Shown piece after piece: positions 9,500 through 17,250 of a stretch of DNA of 64,000 nucleotides. The position numbers and the translations under genes are program-made. Below the pieces are notes generated by a model. It was not told the origin of the DNA and did no database searches. It saw nothing but the letters and a program-made list of their open reading frames with translations. Every line of letters starts with the position of its first letter. The stretch's first letter is position 1. This stretch comes from Methanobacteriota archaeon (lineage in GTDB: Archaea; Thermoplasmatota; Poseidoniia; Poseidoniales; Poseidoniaceae): assembly GCA_038104845.1 (NCBI GenBank), contig JAYOBJ010000003.1, positions 15,598 to 79,597 on the forward strand, read 5' to 3'.

Positions 9500-10498
9500 T
9501 CAGCGCAGCAGCCGGTCACGGTCGTACCACATGCCCAACCAGTGTTTGAGGTTGTTCTCCAAACCCGGCGGTTGGACCCTGCACCCGCATGCGTTTCGAT
9601 GACCGCCTCCTGTGGGGTCCAACGACATGGCCATCCGAGACAGGTCGTAGGTGCCTTGGGCGCCGGGCAGGAAGGAATTGGCATAGAAACTGGCACCCAA
9701 CGGCGGCCGCTCGCGGTTGGAGGCGTCGCCGTCGGTGTACCCGTGCACCACGCAGCATGCGTCGGCTCGCTCGCCGGCCCAGGCCGTCACGATGTAGCCG
9801 TTGATGCGCAGATCGGTGTCCTCCAAACGGCACACAGCGAGGCGGTCGTGCAGCGTGGTGTGTGCGGCAACCGCCGCTTCGGCCACCCGCCGTTCATCCA
9901 CTTTGACGGCGACGAGGGACGCCACCTCAGGGTCGGCCATGACGGTCTCAAAATCAGCACCTTGGGAAAACATGCTCACGATGCGGTGCATGGTGGCTTC
10001 GTGACGCAAGGAACAACACCGGGAAAATTGGAGCGCAGGGCCGTCGGCGCGAAAATCATCCAGTGAAATGCCGCCGGAATCAAGCGCGTCGACCCACGGC
10101 ATGAGATCGGTGAGGTGGTCCACCGGTGTGACGTTCTGAAGCAGGTCGTGAACCACGCGAGCGGCGGAGGGAGCCGGGGCCCAATCCACCGCGCCACCGG
10201 CTTGGACAAACGCCGTTTCTTCCTCTTGAGTTGGACGGTTGGTGGCGTGGTGATCGATGTACCAACCGCATGCAGGGTCAAACGGCAGGTCCACCATGAC
10301 GGTGGAGGCGTTGATGTACGCCGATTCTAGGCCTCCGCGAACCGCAGCAGCGTGTGAAAATTTGACGGTGGCTTCGGGACGAAACGCCTTGAGCAGGGCG
10401 GCGCCCATCAACCCGTCGAGGTCGGCGTCGGCGAGGATCCGCGTGTACATGGGGACCTCATCGGCCTCAAGCGGTACCACGGCCATGAGGTGACCCAT
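9500..10498 (-). CDS. DHH/DHHA1-family phosphoesterase
   Basis: Motif I 'ADADLDGLMGAA', motif III 'YIDHHATN', and DHHA1 'GGGHRNACG'. Confidence 0.75.
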   Translation of the reverse strand: MGHLMAVVPLEADEVPMYTRILADADLDGLMGAALLKAFRPEATVKFSHAAAVRGGLESAYINASTVMVDLPFDPACGWYIDHHATNRPTQEEETAFVQAGGAVDWAPAPSAARVVHDLLQNVTPVDHLTDLMPWVDALDSGGISLDDFRADGPALQFSRCCSLRHEATMHRIVSMFSQGADFETVMADPEVASLVAVKVDERRVAEAAVAAHTTLHDRLAVCRLEDTDLRINGYIVTAWAGERADACCVVHGYTDGDASNRERPPLGASFYANSFLPGAQGTYDLSRMAMSLDPTGGGHRNACGCRVQPPGLENNLKHWLGMWYDRDRLLR

Positions 10499-10550
10499 GA
10501 GGGAATCGGCATCAACGTTCGCCTCCAGCCGTTAGGCCCTTCAAGGAAGG

Positions 10551-10970
10551 GTGAGTGGCGGCATTATGGAAACATCCTGCGGCGTGGTGCTCGTCAACTG
10601 CGGTACGGTGTTGCTGCTGCAGTACCCCCAGGGACATTGGGACCTGCCCAAAGGACACGTCGAGCCCGACGATGCGACCCATGAGGCCACGGTTCGCCGC
10701 GAATTGCTGGAGGAAACCGGCATCGACGACCTCAGCCTGCACCCTGGATTCACCCAACGGACCGTCTACACCTACCGCTACAAGGGACGGGTGAGGGAAA
10801 AAGAAGTCCACTGGTACCTTGGGGAGACCGACACCCTCACCGTCACGCTTTCCCATGAACATCGGGGCCATCTGTGGCTGCCATGGGACCAAGCCATCGA
10901 GTTCGTGACCCACGACGAAACCCGGAGCGTCTTGACGGCTGCCTTGCAGGCTGCACCGCATTTGGCGTGA
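10551..10970 (+). CDS. NUDIX hydrolase (Ap4A-hydrolase-like)
   Basis: Nudix box 'GHWDLPKGHVEPDDATHEATVRRELLEETGI'. The start may be the Met at 10566. Confidence 0.85.
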   Translation: MSGGIMETSCGVVLVNCGTVLLLQYPQGHWDLPKGHVEPDDATHEATVRRELLEETGIDDLSLHPGFTQRTVYTYRYKGRVREKEVHWYLGETDTLTVTLSHEHRGHLWLPWDQAIEFVTHDETRSVLTAALQAAPHLA

Positions 10971-10973
10971 CCG

Positions 10974-11669
10974 TCACAAGGAAGCCAAATCGTCGTCGTT
11001 GGCCTGCATTTGACGGATACGGGCTGCCACGCCGTGTTCGGCCGCCCGTTTCCCCAGCGGAACCCAAAGCGCTTCGTCCGATTGAAGTTGCAACCCTGTC
11101 CAACGGCCCATCACAAACAGCCAGTCCGACAGACGGTTCACATAGGCCAGCACCAACGGTCGGACGGCGCCCGAACCTTCGTGGTCGATCAAACGAACCA
11201 CCGCACGTTCAAGCCGACGAACGGCCGATCGAGCCACGTGCATCAACGCCACGGGGGCGTCGCCCGAAGGCAAGATGAAACTGGTCAGTGGCGCCAAAGA
11301 CGCCAGCCAAGCGTCCATCTCCTCGACCAGAATGCTCGCTTGCGTTTCGCTGATGAGCGCCATGTATTCCGGCAGCGCATCGGGAGGGCACGCCAGTTCG
11401 GCACCCAAATCGAACATCTCGTGCTGGGTCCGCGACAACGCCGGACTCACCACCGCGTGGACCCGGCGAACGCCGGTGCGTTGCCCGCCGTCCTCGTGGG
11501 GAGGCAAGCGGTTGATCTCCATCAACACGGCGCCGATCAAACTGTTCACCTCGTCGCAGAGCCCGACCACTTCGAACCGGGGGTCGCTTTTGGACCGTCG
11601 GGAACCGTCCACCAGCGAGGATTCGCCTCCGTCACCACCGCCGGTGTACACACGCGTGATCTTGACCAT
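10974..11669 (-). CDS. ATP:cob(I)alamin adenosyltransferase, PduO type
   Basis: N-terminus 'KITRVYTGGGDGGESSLVDGSRRSKSDPRFEVVGLCDEVNSLIG', and the helical bundle continues to the end. This is the classic PduO/MMAB pattern. Confidence 0.9.
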   Translation of the reverse strand: MVKITRVYTGGGDGGESSLVDGSRRSKSDPRFEVVGLCDEVNSLIGAVLMEINRLPPHEDGGQRTGVRRVHAVVSPALSRTQHEMFDLGAELACPPDALPEYMALISETQASILVEEMDAWLASLAPLTSFILPSGDAPVALMHVARSAVRRLERAVVRLIDHEGSGAVRPLVLAYVNRLSDWLFVMGRWTGLQLQSDEALWVPLGKRAAEHGVAARIRQMQANDDDLASL

Positions 11670-11694
11670 GATGTTCGCCCCGAGGACGGGGACA

Positions 11695-12180
11695 TCACGC
11701 TTCTATGAGGGGTTTGCGGGAAGGGAAGCCTTCCTCCATCCAGTAGTACCACTCGATGTCCGCTTCACCCACAGCCCACGAAAACAACGCCACCTGCCGG
11801 TCGACCACACCGAACCACTCCAGTCGGCCAGGGTCCATCGACACGATGCGCGCCCCCATGGTCTTCAACTCGTCCACCAACCCTTGCCACTGACGCACCA
11901 ACCGGCCGAGGTGTTCAGCCACCTGAACCACGTGGGGGTGGTTCATCTCGTACCGGTCGAGCAACAATTCCAATTCGCTGGTTAAATCGTGAGCTTCATC
12001 GCCCATCGCCTGAAGCACCATGAGCAAATCACAAGCGCGTGGAAGCTGAGCACGGGCCTCGTCGATGGTGACGATGCGGGCGTCGTCCGGAAGGGCATAC
12101 GGCGGTTCAAACCCTTCGTCCAACGCCTCAACCTCCATGGGGTGTCCAGCAAACATCGGTCCGTCCGTAGGTGGATTCAC
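11695..12180 (-). CDS. DUF2203-family protein
   Basis: The C-terminal 'GRLEWFGVVDRQVALFSWAVGEADIEWYYWMEEGFPSRKPL' matches my remembered DUF2203 signature (GLvDFp...LCW..GE..i.yWH...GF.gR.P). Confidence 0.7.
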   Translation of the reverse strand: MNPPTDGPMFAGHPMEVEALDEGFEPPYALPDDARIVTIDEARAQLPRACDLLMVLQAMGDEAHDLTSELELLLDRYEMNHPHVVQVAEHLGRLVRQWQGLVDELKTMGARIVSMDPGRLEWFGVVDRQVALFSWAVGEADIEWYYWMEEGFPSRKPLIEA

Positions 12181-12407
12181 GAGAAACGCTTGTCATGGCG
12201 ACTCTTTATGTCATCGGCGTTTGATCACGGCTAACCTCAGTTTTTAACCCAAAATGGCCACTCCGAGGCACCGTGGTGGTGCACCCTGCTCCGGCCCGAT
12301 TGAGCGACCGTGAGAAAAATGAACATCCCTGTTCACGGCGTGACCTCGGTTTCCGTGAAACCGCTGTCAATCAATGCGCAACGACGATGTCAAGCCTTTG
12401 ACATTAA

Positions 12408-13631
12408 ATGATGGTGGAACAATTGGCATTCATGGCGGGCGAACACGGTGATGCGCACCTCCTCACGAGCTTTCCTGTGATTTTCTTTGGTTCGCTCTTG
12501 CTGGCCGCCGTCATCGCTGGCGTACTTCATAGGAAGCTGAACGGACTGCCAAGATTGGGCGAGACATTCTACGACCCGATCGTCCTTGTGCTTGGCCTGT
12601 GGTGCCTTGCTGGTCTGCTCATCGATGCGTTTGCTCACATCGCCGGCTCGGTCGATGACACCTTCTTCACGCCCTGGCATGCCGTGTGGTATTCCGGCTC
12701 TGCGGCGTATGGAGCCTACATCGTCTACGCCATCATGCCCGATGGGGGCATGCGCCAACTCGTTTCGCAGCCCTTCAAGACGCTCAAAGAGGTTGAGCCG
12801 CATCACAAACCCGGCGTCTACGGCATCGTTGTGTTCGCCGTTTCTGGATTTGGCGACCTCATATGGCACGAAACGTTGGGCGTCGAAGAAAACACCGACA
12901 TCCTCCTTTCGCCCACCCACATCGGGTTGTTCGTTGGGTTGATCATGTCGGTGACTGCTCCCGTCTGGTCGGCGTGGGCCAATTCGTCATCGGGTCGTAA
13001 CGGCCTTCGTTCGCAAGCCCTGATCGTGTTTGGCCTCGGCGCGGCGTGGACCGTGTCGTTGTTGATGATCCGTTATGCCAACCTTTGGATTGCACCGTTG
13101 CAAAACTACTGCTACTCGCCTATCAATTCGTTCTGTGGGAATCCAAGTTACAACACGGCGCTTGAAATCGGATTGCAATCGCTCTTTTTGCAGGCGGGGC
13201 TCACCTCGGTGGTGCTGGCCTTGTTCCTGAAACGCTGGCGGCCTGAACGTGGTGCGATGTTCCTGTTGTTCATGTTCCATGCCGTGGGCGTGTGGGTGTA
13301 TTCCGAGTTTGATGCACGGCTGCTCTGGATGGGGGTGACCCTCGCCCTGTTGGCGGAAATCGGCATGTTGGCGTACAAGAAGGCGGGACCTCACGTGTAC
13401 ATCTCGCTCGCAGCTGCGATTCAAGTGGTGGTGTTGCTCTTGTTTTCACTGGCTGACGCCGCTCGACTGACGAACACGCGGTACTGGATTGAGGGCGTCA
13501 ACATCCACGTGGTTCCGTTTGGATGGAGCGTTCATTCAACGTTTGGTGCCATCGTTGTGTGCGCGCTGATCGGCTGGATCACCAGTGTGGTCGCGATGTC
13601 GCCCGCCGTCCCCGAGGTTGATGATGCCTGA
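12408..13631 (+). CDS. hypothetical polytopic membrane protein (about 10 TM)
   Basis: Long ORF made of repeated hydrophobic helices. Conserved-looking His residues occur in 'DAFAHIAG', 'TPWHAVWY', 'LIWHETLG' and 'LSPTHIGL'. No family recognised. Confidence 0.65.
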   Translation: MMVEQLAFMAGEHGDAHLLTSFPVIFFGSLLLAAVIAGVLHRKLNGLPRLGETFYDPIVLVLGLWCLAGLLIDAFAHIAGSVDDTFFTPWHAVWYSGSAAYGAYIVYAIMPDGGMRQLVSQPFKTLKEVEPHHKPGVYGIVVFAVSGFGDLIWHETLGVEENTDILLSPTHIGLFVGLIMSVTAPVWSAWANSSSGRNGLRSQALIVFGLGAAWTVSLLMIRYANLWIAPLQNYCYSPINSFCGNPSYNTALEIGLQSLFLQAGLTSVVLALFLKRWRPERGAMFLLFMFHAVGVWVYSEFDARLLWMGVTLALLAEIGMLAYKKAGPHVYISLAAAIQVVVLLLFSLADAARLTNTRYWIEGVNIHVVPFGWSVHSTFGAIVVCALIGWITSVVAMSPAVPEVDDA

Positions 13632-13697
13632 ACGATTGGCTGCAGTGCATTGAAGCACCCTCACCCATCAGCACAACCGCATCAAACCGATGTCGCA

Positions 13698-13967
13698 TCA
13701 AAGGGCAAGCTGACGTTCGCGTCGTCGGTTCATCCACCGATGACCGCCGTACCCCAGCACGGCCAGCCACATACCGAGTTCGAGCACCACCACGACATAG
13801 TACACGGGACCCAGGGTCTTGAGCATCGCCACGGCATCGTAGGGCAGACCGTGAATGGCCATGAACGCGGATTGCGAAAGCAGGCTTGAGGAAAACCACA
13901 CGACAACGGCGAACCAGAGCAGGGTCCCTAAGGGCCAATCTTCTGCGGGTGTTGTTGGTTTTCCCAT
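13698..13967 (-). CDS. small membrane protein (about 89 aa)
   Basis: Two or three hydrophobic helices ('LLWFAVVVWFSS', 'VYYVVVVLELGMWLAVLGY'). ATG 13967 is chosen; the ORF is open to 13991. Confidence 0.45.
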   Translation of the reverse strand: MGKPTTPAEDWPLGTLLWFAVVVWFSSSLLSQSAFMAIHGLPYDAVAMLKTLGPVYYVVVVLELGMWLAVLGYGGHRWMNRRRERQLAL

Positions 13968-14039
13968 GATGTTACATCGGTTTTGAACCATATAAGGCCT
14001 TTTGTTCGGTGCTTCATGGACATGCGCTTCGGCTTTCGA

Positions 14040-14789
14040 TCATGCCGGCGGGGACGTGGACGCTTCGATGGCGCTCAAGGCCGATTCAATGGCATCGATC
14101 CACTCCGGTGCCACCGCTTCCGGCCCGCCAGCGTCCTCGAACGCCTCTTGCCATGTGGCGGCTTCATCGACCTGACCGAGGAACGTGTGGATGCGTTGCA
14201 AGGCCACGTACGCCATGGGGTTGAGGTGTTCTTCATCAGCGTCCCATCCCTTCTCAAAACAGGCAATGGCCCCGTGGGTGCCGTCCAAACTGCCGCGTTG
14301 GAGCGCCACCATCCCGGCTTGGCTCCAGGAGAGGGGCAGGCGGCCGATGAGGAGCCCACGAAACACCAACCAGGTTTGACCGCCACCCAGCAGCACCAGC
14401 ATGAGGAACCCCGACCAATGTTCCAAGGTGTTCAACGATGGCCACGTTAACACCATCAGCCCACCCGCACCGGTGCACAGCAGAAAACCGGCCATCGGTG
14501 CGATGAGCACATCGTGGCGTGTCCTCACCATGTGGTGAACACCGGCCAGCACGCCGTAGCTGCCCACCGCCAAGGTGAGGGTCAGCAAGGCACCGAGGCC
14601 CATGGGCCGGGGCGCCTGCTCGCCGACCAACACCAGCACCGTCAGGACAGCCAACACGGTGCCAAACCGGCGGGACAATTCAGGAAACGGTTGACTCCGA
14701 CTGCCGCGAATCAGCACGGCGGCGACCACCCCAAGCAGGAGGTACACCATCCATTTGCCCGTGGATTCATCGAGGATCATGCTGTTCAA
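14040..14789 (-). CDS. membrane protein with C-terminal TPR-like soluble domain
   Basis: Five or six TM helices, then a helical tail 'ACFEKGWDADEEHLNPMAYVALQRIHTFLGQVDEAATWQEAFE'. Confidence 0.55.
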   Translation of the reverse strand: MNSMILDESTGKWMVYLLLGVVAAVLIRGSRSQPFPELSRRFGTVLAVLTVLVLVGEQAPRPMGLGALLTLTLAVGSYGVLAGVHHMVRTRHDVLIAPMAGFLLCTGAGGLMVLTWPSLNTLEHWSGFLMLVLLGGGQTWLVFRGLLIGRLPLSWSQAGMVALQRGSLDGTHGAIACFEKGWDADEEHLNPMAYVALQRIHTFLGQVDEAATWQEAFEDAGGPEAVAPEWIDAIESALSAIEASTSPPA

Positions 14790-14813
14790 CCACCTCTCGT
14801 TCGCCGGCCAATA

Positions 14814-15248
14814 TCATGCTTTGTGATAGGCTGAACCGCGCAGAATTTCCATCGAGCGGTAGAGCTGTTCCACCAACATCACCGCTGCCAACTCGTGTGG
14901 GAAGGTCATCTCGGAAAGCGACAACCGAAGGTGCGAGGTCCCTTTGGATGCCTCGGGCCACCCCTCCGCAGGGCCAATGGCCAAGTGGACGTCCTCGGTG
15001 CTCAACCGCCACCCTTTGACACGGCGGGCAAACCCTTCGGAGGTGGATGTTTCACCAAATTCATCCATGAGCACCAGTGTGCCTGAAAGGGACAACACAT
15101 GCTCGAAATACGCCGCTGGACGCATTTTGTCGCTGTGCTTCACGCACGCCACACCGTGGTTGCGAAGTCGGTCAAGGTACATCGTCATCAACGCAGCCGC
15201 GTGACGGTCCTTGGGCGCACCGTGCACGTGCACCGAGATGCGCCCCAT
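14814..15248 (-). CDS. rlmH: 23S rRNA (pseudouridine-N3)-methyltransferase RlmH (SPOUT)
   Basis: 144 aa. 'LVLMDEFGETSTSEGFA', 'HLAIGPAEGW' and 'LSLSEMTFPHELAAVMLVEQLYRSMEILRGSAYHK' fit the RlmH C-terminal knot motif. Confidence 0.85.
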   Translation of the reverse strand: MGRISVHVHGAPKDRHAAALMTMYLDRLRNHGVACVKHSDKMRPAAYFEHVLSLSGTLVLMDEFGETSTSEGFARRVKGWRLSTEDVHLAIGPAEGWPEASKGTSHLRLSLSEMTFPHELAAVMLVEQLYRSMEILRGSAYHKA

Positions 15249-15259
15249 GTGCTTGGCTT

Positions 15260-15664
15260 ATGGCGAGCAACCTTGAAGCCTTGGCCCAACAAGTCAAAAG
15301 GCCCCGCGGCCACCATTCCCCCATGGGATGGTGGCCGTTTGGGAAAAAACGAGCCACCCGCTACAGCGGATCCAACGACCCGATGCTGAAGGACACCCGA
15401 ACGTGGCTCAGCGACCTCAGGGATGCGTGCGAGATGAACTTTGACGCGCCCGAAGAAGCCCGTCGCCGCATCCGCCACATGCAGGTGGAGTGGCACGACG
15501 CCGTTGAAAACGGCACCATGAGCGCGACCTTGCGGGAAGGTTTGGAGTCGAGGGCGTTTCGGTTGTTGACCTGCAGCGATGAGGCGTGGTTGGCGTGGTT
15601 GGACAACCTGGCGTTCTGGAAACCGGGTTGGAAACCCCCTGAATCCACGGAAGACGAGGGTTGA
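15260..15664 (+). CDS. hypothetical protein
   Basis: Plausible composition ('DLRDACEMNFDAPEEARRRIRHMQVEWHDAVENG'). It is divergent from rlmH. ATG 15323 (MGWWPFGKK) is an alternative start that would leave room for promoters. Confidence 0.4.
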   Translation: MASNLEALAQQVKRPRGHHSPMGWWPFGKKRATRYSGSNDPMLKDTRTWLSDLRDACEMNFDAPEEARRRIRHMQVEWHDAVENGTMSATLREGLESRAFRLLTCSDEAWLAWLDNLAFWKPGWKPPESTEDEG

Positions 15665-15689
15665 AGAAGGTACCACTGGTGCTTTGCTC

Positions 15690-16382
15690 ATGGGACAACA
15701 ACCCACCTTGCACCTGCTGAACACCTGCCCGTTTTGCTGGAAGGTGCGCGGCGTGATCGAGCACCTCAACCTCGATGTGAAGCACGTGCCGGTCAACGGC
15801 ATGCGGCTGAAGAAGCAGTTGGCCTTTGCAGGCGACTGGGGCAAAGTACCGGTCTACACCACGTCCACCGGCGAGCACGTGGTTGACTCCACGCCGCTGA
15901 TGATGCACCTTGACGAGCACCACAACAACGGGCAACTGTCCCGAAACCTCAGCGATGAGCGCAGCCAAACCTGGCTGAATTGGGCCGACACCACCCTTTC
16001 CAAAGCCACCGTACCCATCCTCTACGGCAGTCTGGGCTCGGCCCTCAAGACCACAACCCGCATCTCCAAACTTGAGGCGTTCGGCTTTTTCTCGAAACGC
16101 CTCTACGCATGGGCAGGGTTTCCCATCATGTGGGGCATCATCGCTCGAAAACGGGTCAAATCCGACGGTCGCGCCCCCAAGCAACTCTGGCATGACCTGC
16201 TGACTGAATTCACCGACGCCCACGAGGGCCAACCGTTCTTTGGCGGCGGGCAACCCGATCTGGTCGACTTTGCTGCCTTCGGCTACATGCGCTCGGTCTC
16301 GCCCTTCCCCCAATTCAAGTTGCTTGAAGACCACGCCAATGGCATGGCCTGGTACAACCGCATGATGGCAAGCCTTGCGTGA
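15690..16382 (+). CDS. glutaredoxin/GST-fold protein with CPFC motif (PGES2/Grx2-like)
   Basis: 'LHLLNTCPFCWKVRGVIEHL...WGKVPVY...VVDSTPLMMHLDE' is a Grx-like N-domain. It is followed by a helical GST-C-like domain ('FFGGGQPDLVDFAAFGYM'). Confidence 0.7.
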   Translation: MGQQPTLHLLNTCPFCWKVRGVIEHLNLDVKHVPVNGMRLKKQLAFAGDWGKVPVYTTSTGEHVVDSTPLMMHLDEHHNNGQLSRNLSDERSQTWLNWADTTLSKATVPILYGSLGSALKTTTRISKLEAFGFFSKRLYAWAGFPIMWGIIARKRVKSDGRAPKQLWHDLLTEFTDAHEGQPFFGGGQPDLVDFAAFGYMRSVSPFPQFKLLEDHANGMAWYNRMMASLA

Positions 16383-17250
16383 CGGGCGTGATGGCATCGA
16401 ACTGAACGGGCTCCACTTCCATCGCGTCGAAGCCACCGAGGTGGTCATGGGAACAACGCGTGGTGGCTGGGTGTACGCGTCGCAACGCCCGAGCTACCGG
16501 GCACGGTTGCCCACCTTTTTCGTTCTCAACGACCCGTTGAGCGACGCCCAGGTCAAACGGGCGTTCGGTTTGGCGGGCTTCGATGAGGACGAAGCGGTGT
16601 GGATGACGCTGACCACGGTCGAGGTGGACGAATTGTCGGCTCACCTGATGGCTTCACCGGCCTGGCAGGCCTCCGAATACAACGCAGGATGGGAGATCCG
16701 TGCACCCACCGAAGCCGAATGGCGAGCGGCCTTGGCCGCTGGGGTCGTACGCATGCACGCCGGGACCACCGAGCGTCTGGCCGATGCCCCCGCCACCAAT
16801 TACCGCGGCGCCATGATGGACGGACGGCCACGCCCCAACGAGTGGCAGGGCCCGGCCGCGATGCAGCGCGCCGCCCTCGCCGTTCATCCAAGCCGCCCCA
16901 ACATCACGGCGCTGACCAGCGTCCCCGTTGACCGCCCGTTGCCCAACGTTGTGGCCCGGTTGGTGATGGCCCCCATTCGAACCGATGCGCCGCGACGCGT
17001 GCCGGAGACGACGGACCGATGGAGCAACCTGCGTTCAGAGATGCTGTGGACCACGGTCTTGGGCATCGTCCCATCGTTCACGATCCCCGTGCTGCGCGGC
17101 ATGGGCGATTACGCCCTTGAGGGCTGGCTGAACCTGCTGGTGGGCGGACTGTGCGCTGGCTTCTTCACCGGCGCCTTCTGGCGCCCGAGCCGGCCCGTCT
17201 TGGATTACGACGACGTGGAGCCTCAATCGTCGTTGAGCGATTCCCAATAG
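16375..17250 (+). CDS. FGE-sulfatase (SUMF1)-like domain protein with C-terminal TM helices
   Basis: 'LHFHRVEATEVVMGTT' resembles the F..IP.G.F.MG start of the domain. 'WEIRAPTEAEWRAALAAG' matches the RLPTEAEWE.AA motif. There are two C-terminal TM segments. The domain begins before the first ATG (16447), so a TTG start at 16375 is implied. Confidence 0.5.
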   Translation: MRDGRDGIELNGLHFHRVEATEVVMGTTRGGWVYASQRPSYRARLPTFFVLNDPLSDAQVKRAFGLAGFDEDEAVWMTLTTVEVDELSAHLMASPAWQASEYNAGWEIRAPTEAEWRAALAAGVVRMHAGTTERLADAPATNYRGAMMDGRPRPNEWQGPAAMQRAALAVHPSRPNITALTSVPVDRPLPNVVARLVMAPIRTDAPRRVPETTDRWSNLRSEMLWTTVLGIVPSFTIPVLRGMGDYALEGWLNLLVGGLCAGFFTGAFWRPSRPVLDYDDVEPQSSLSDSQ

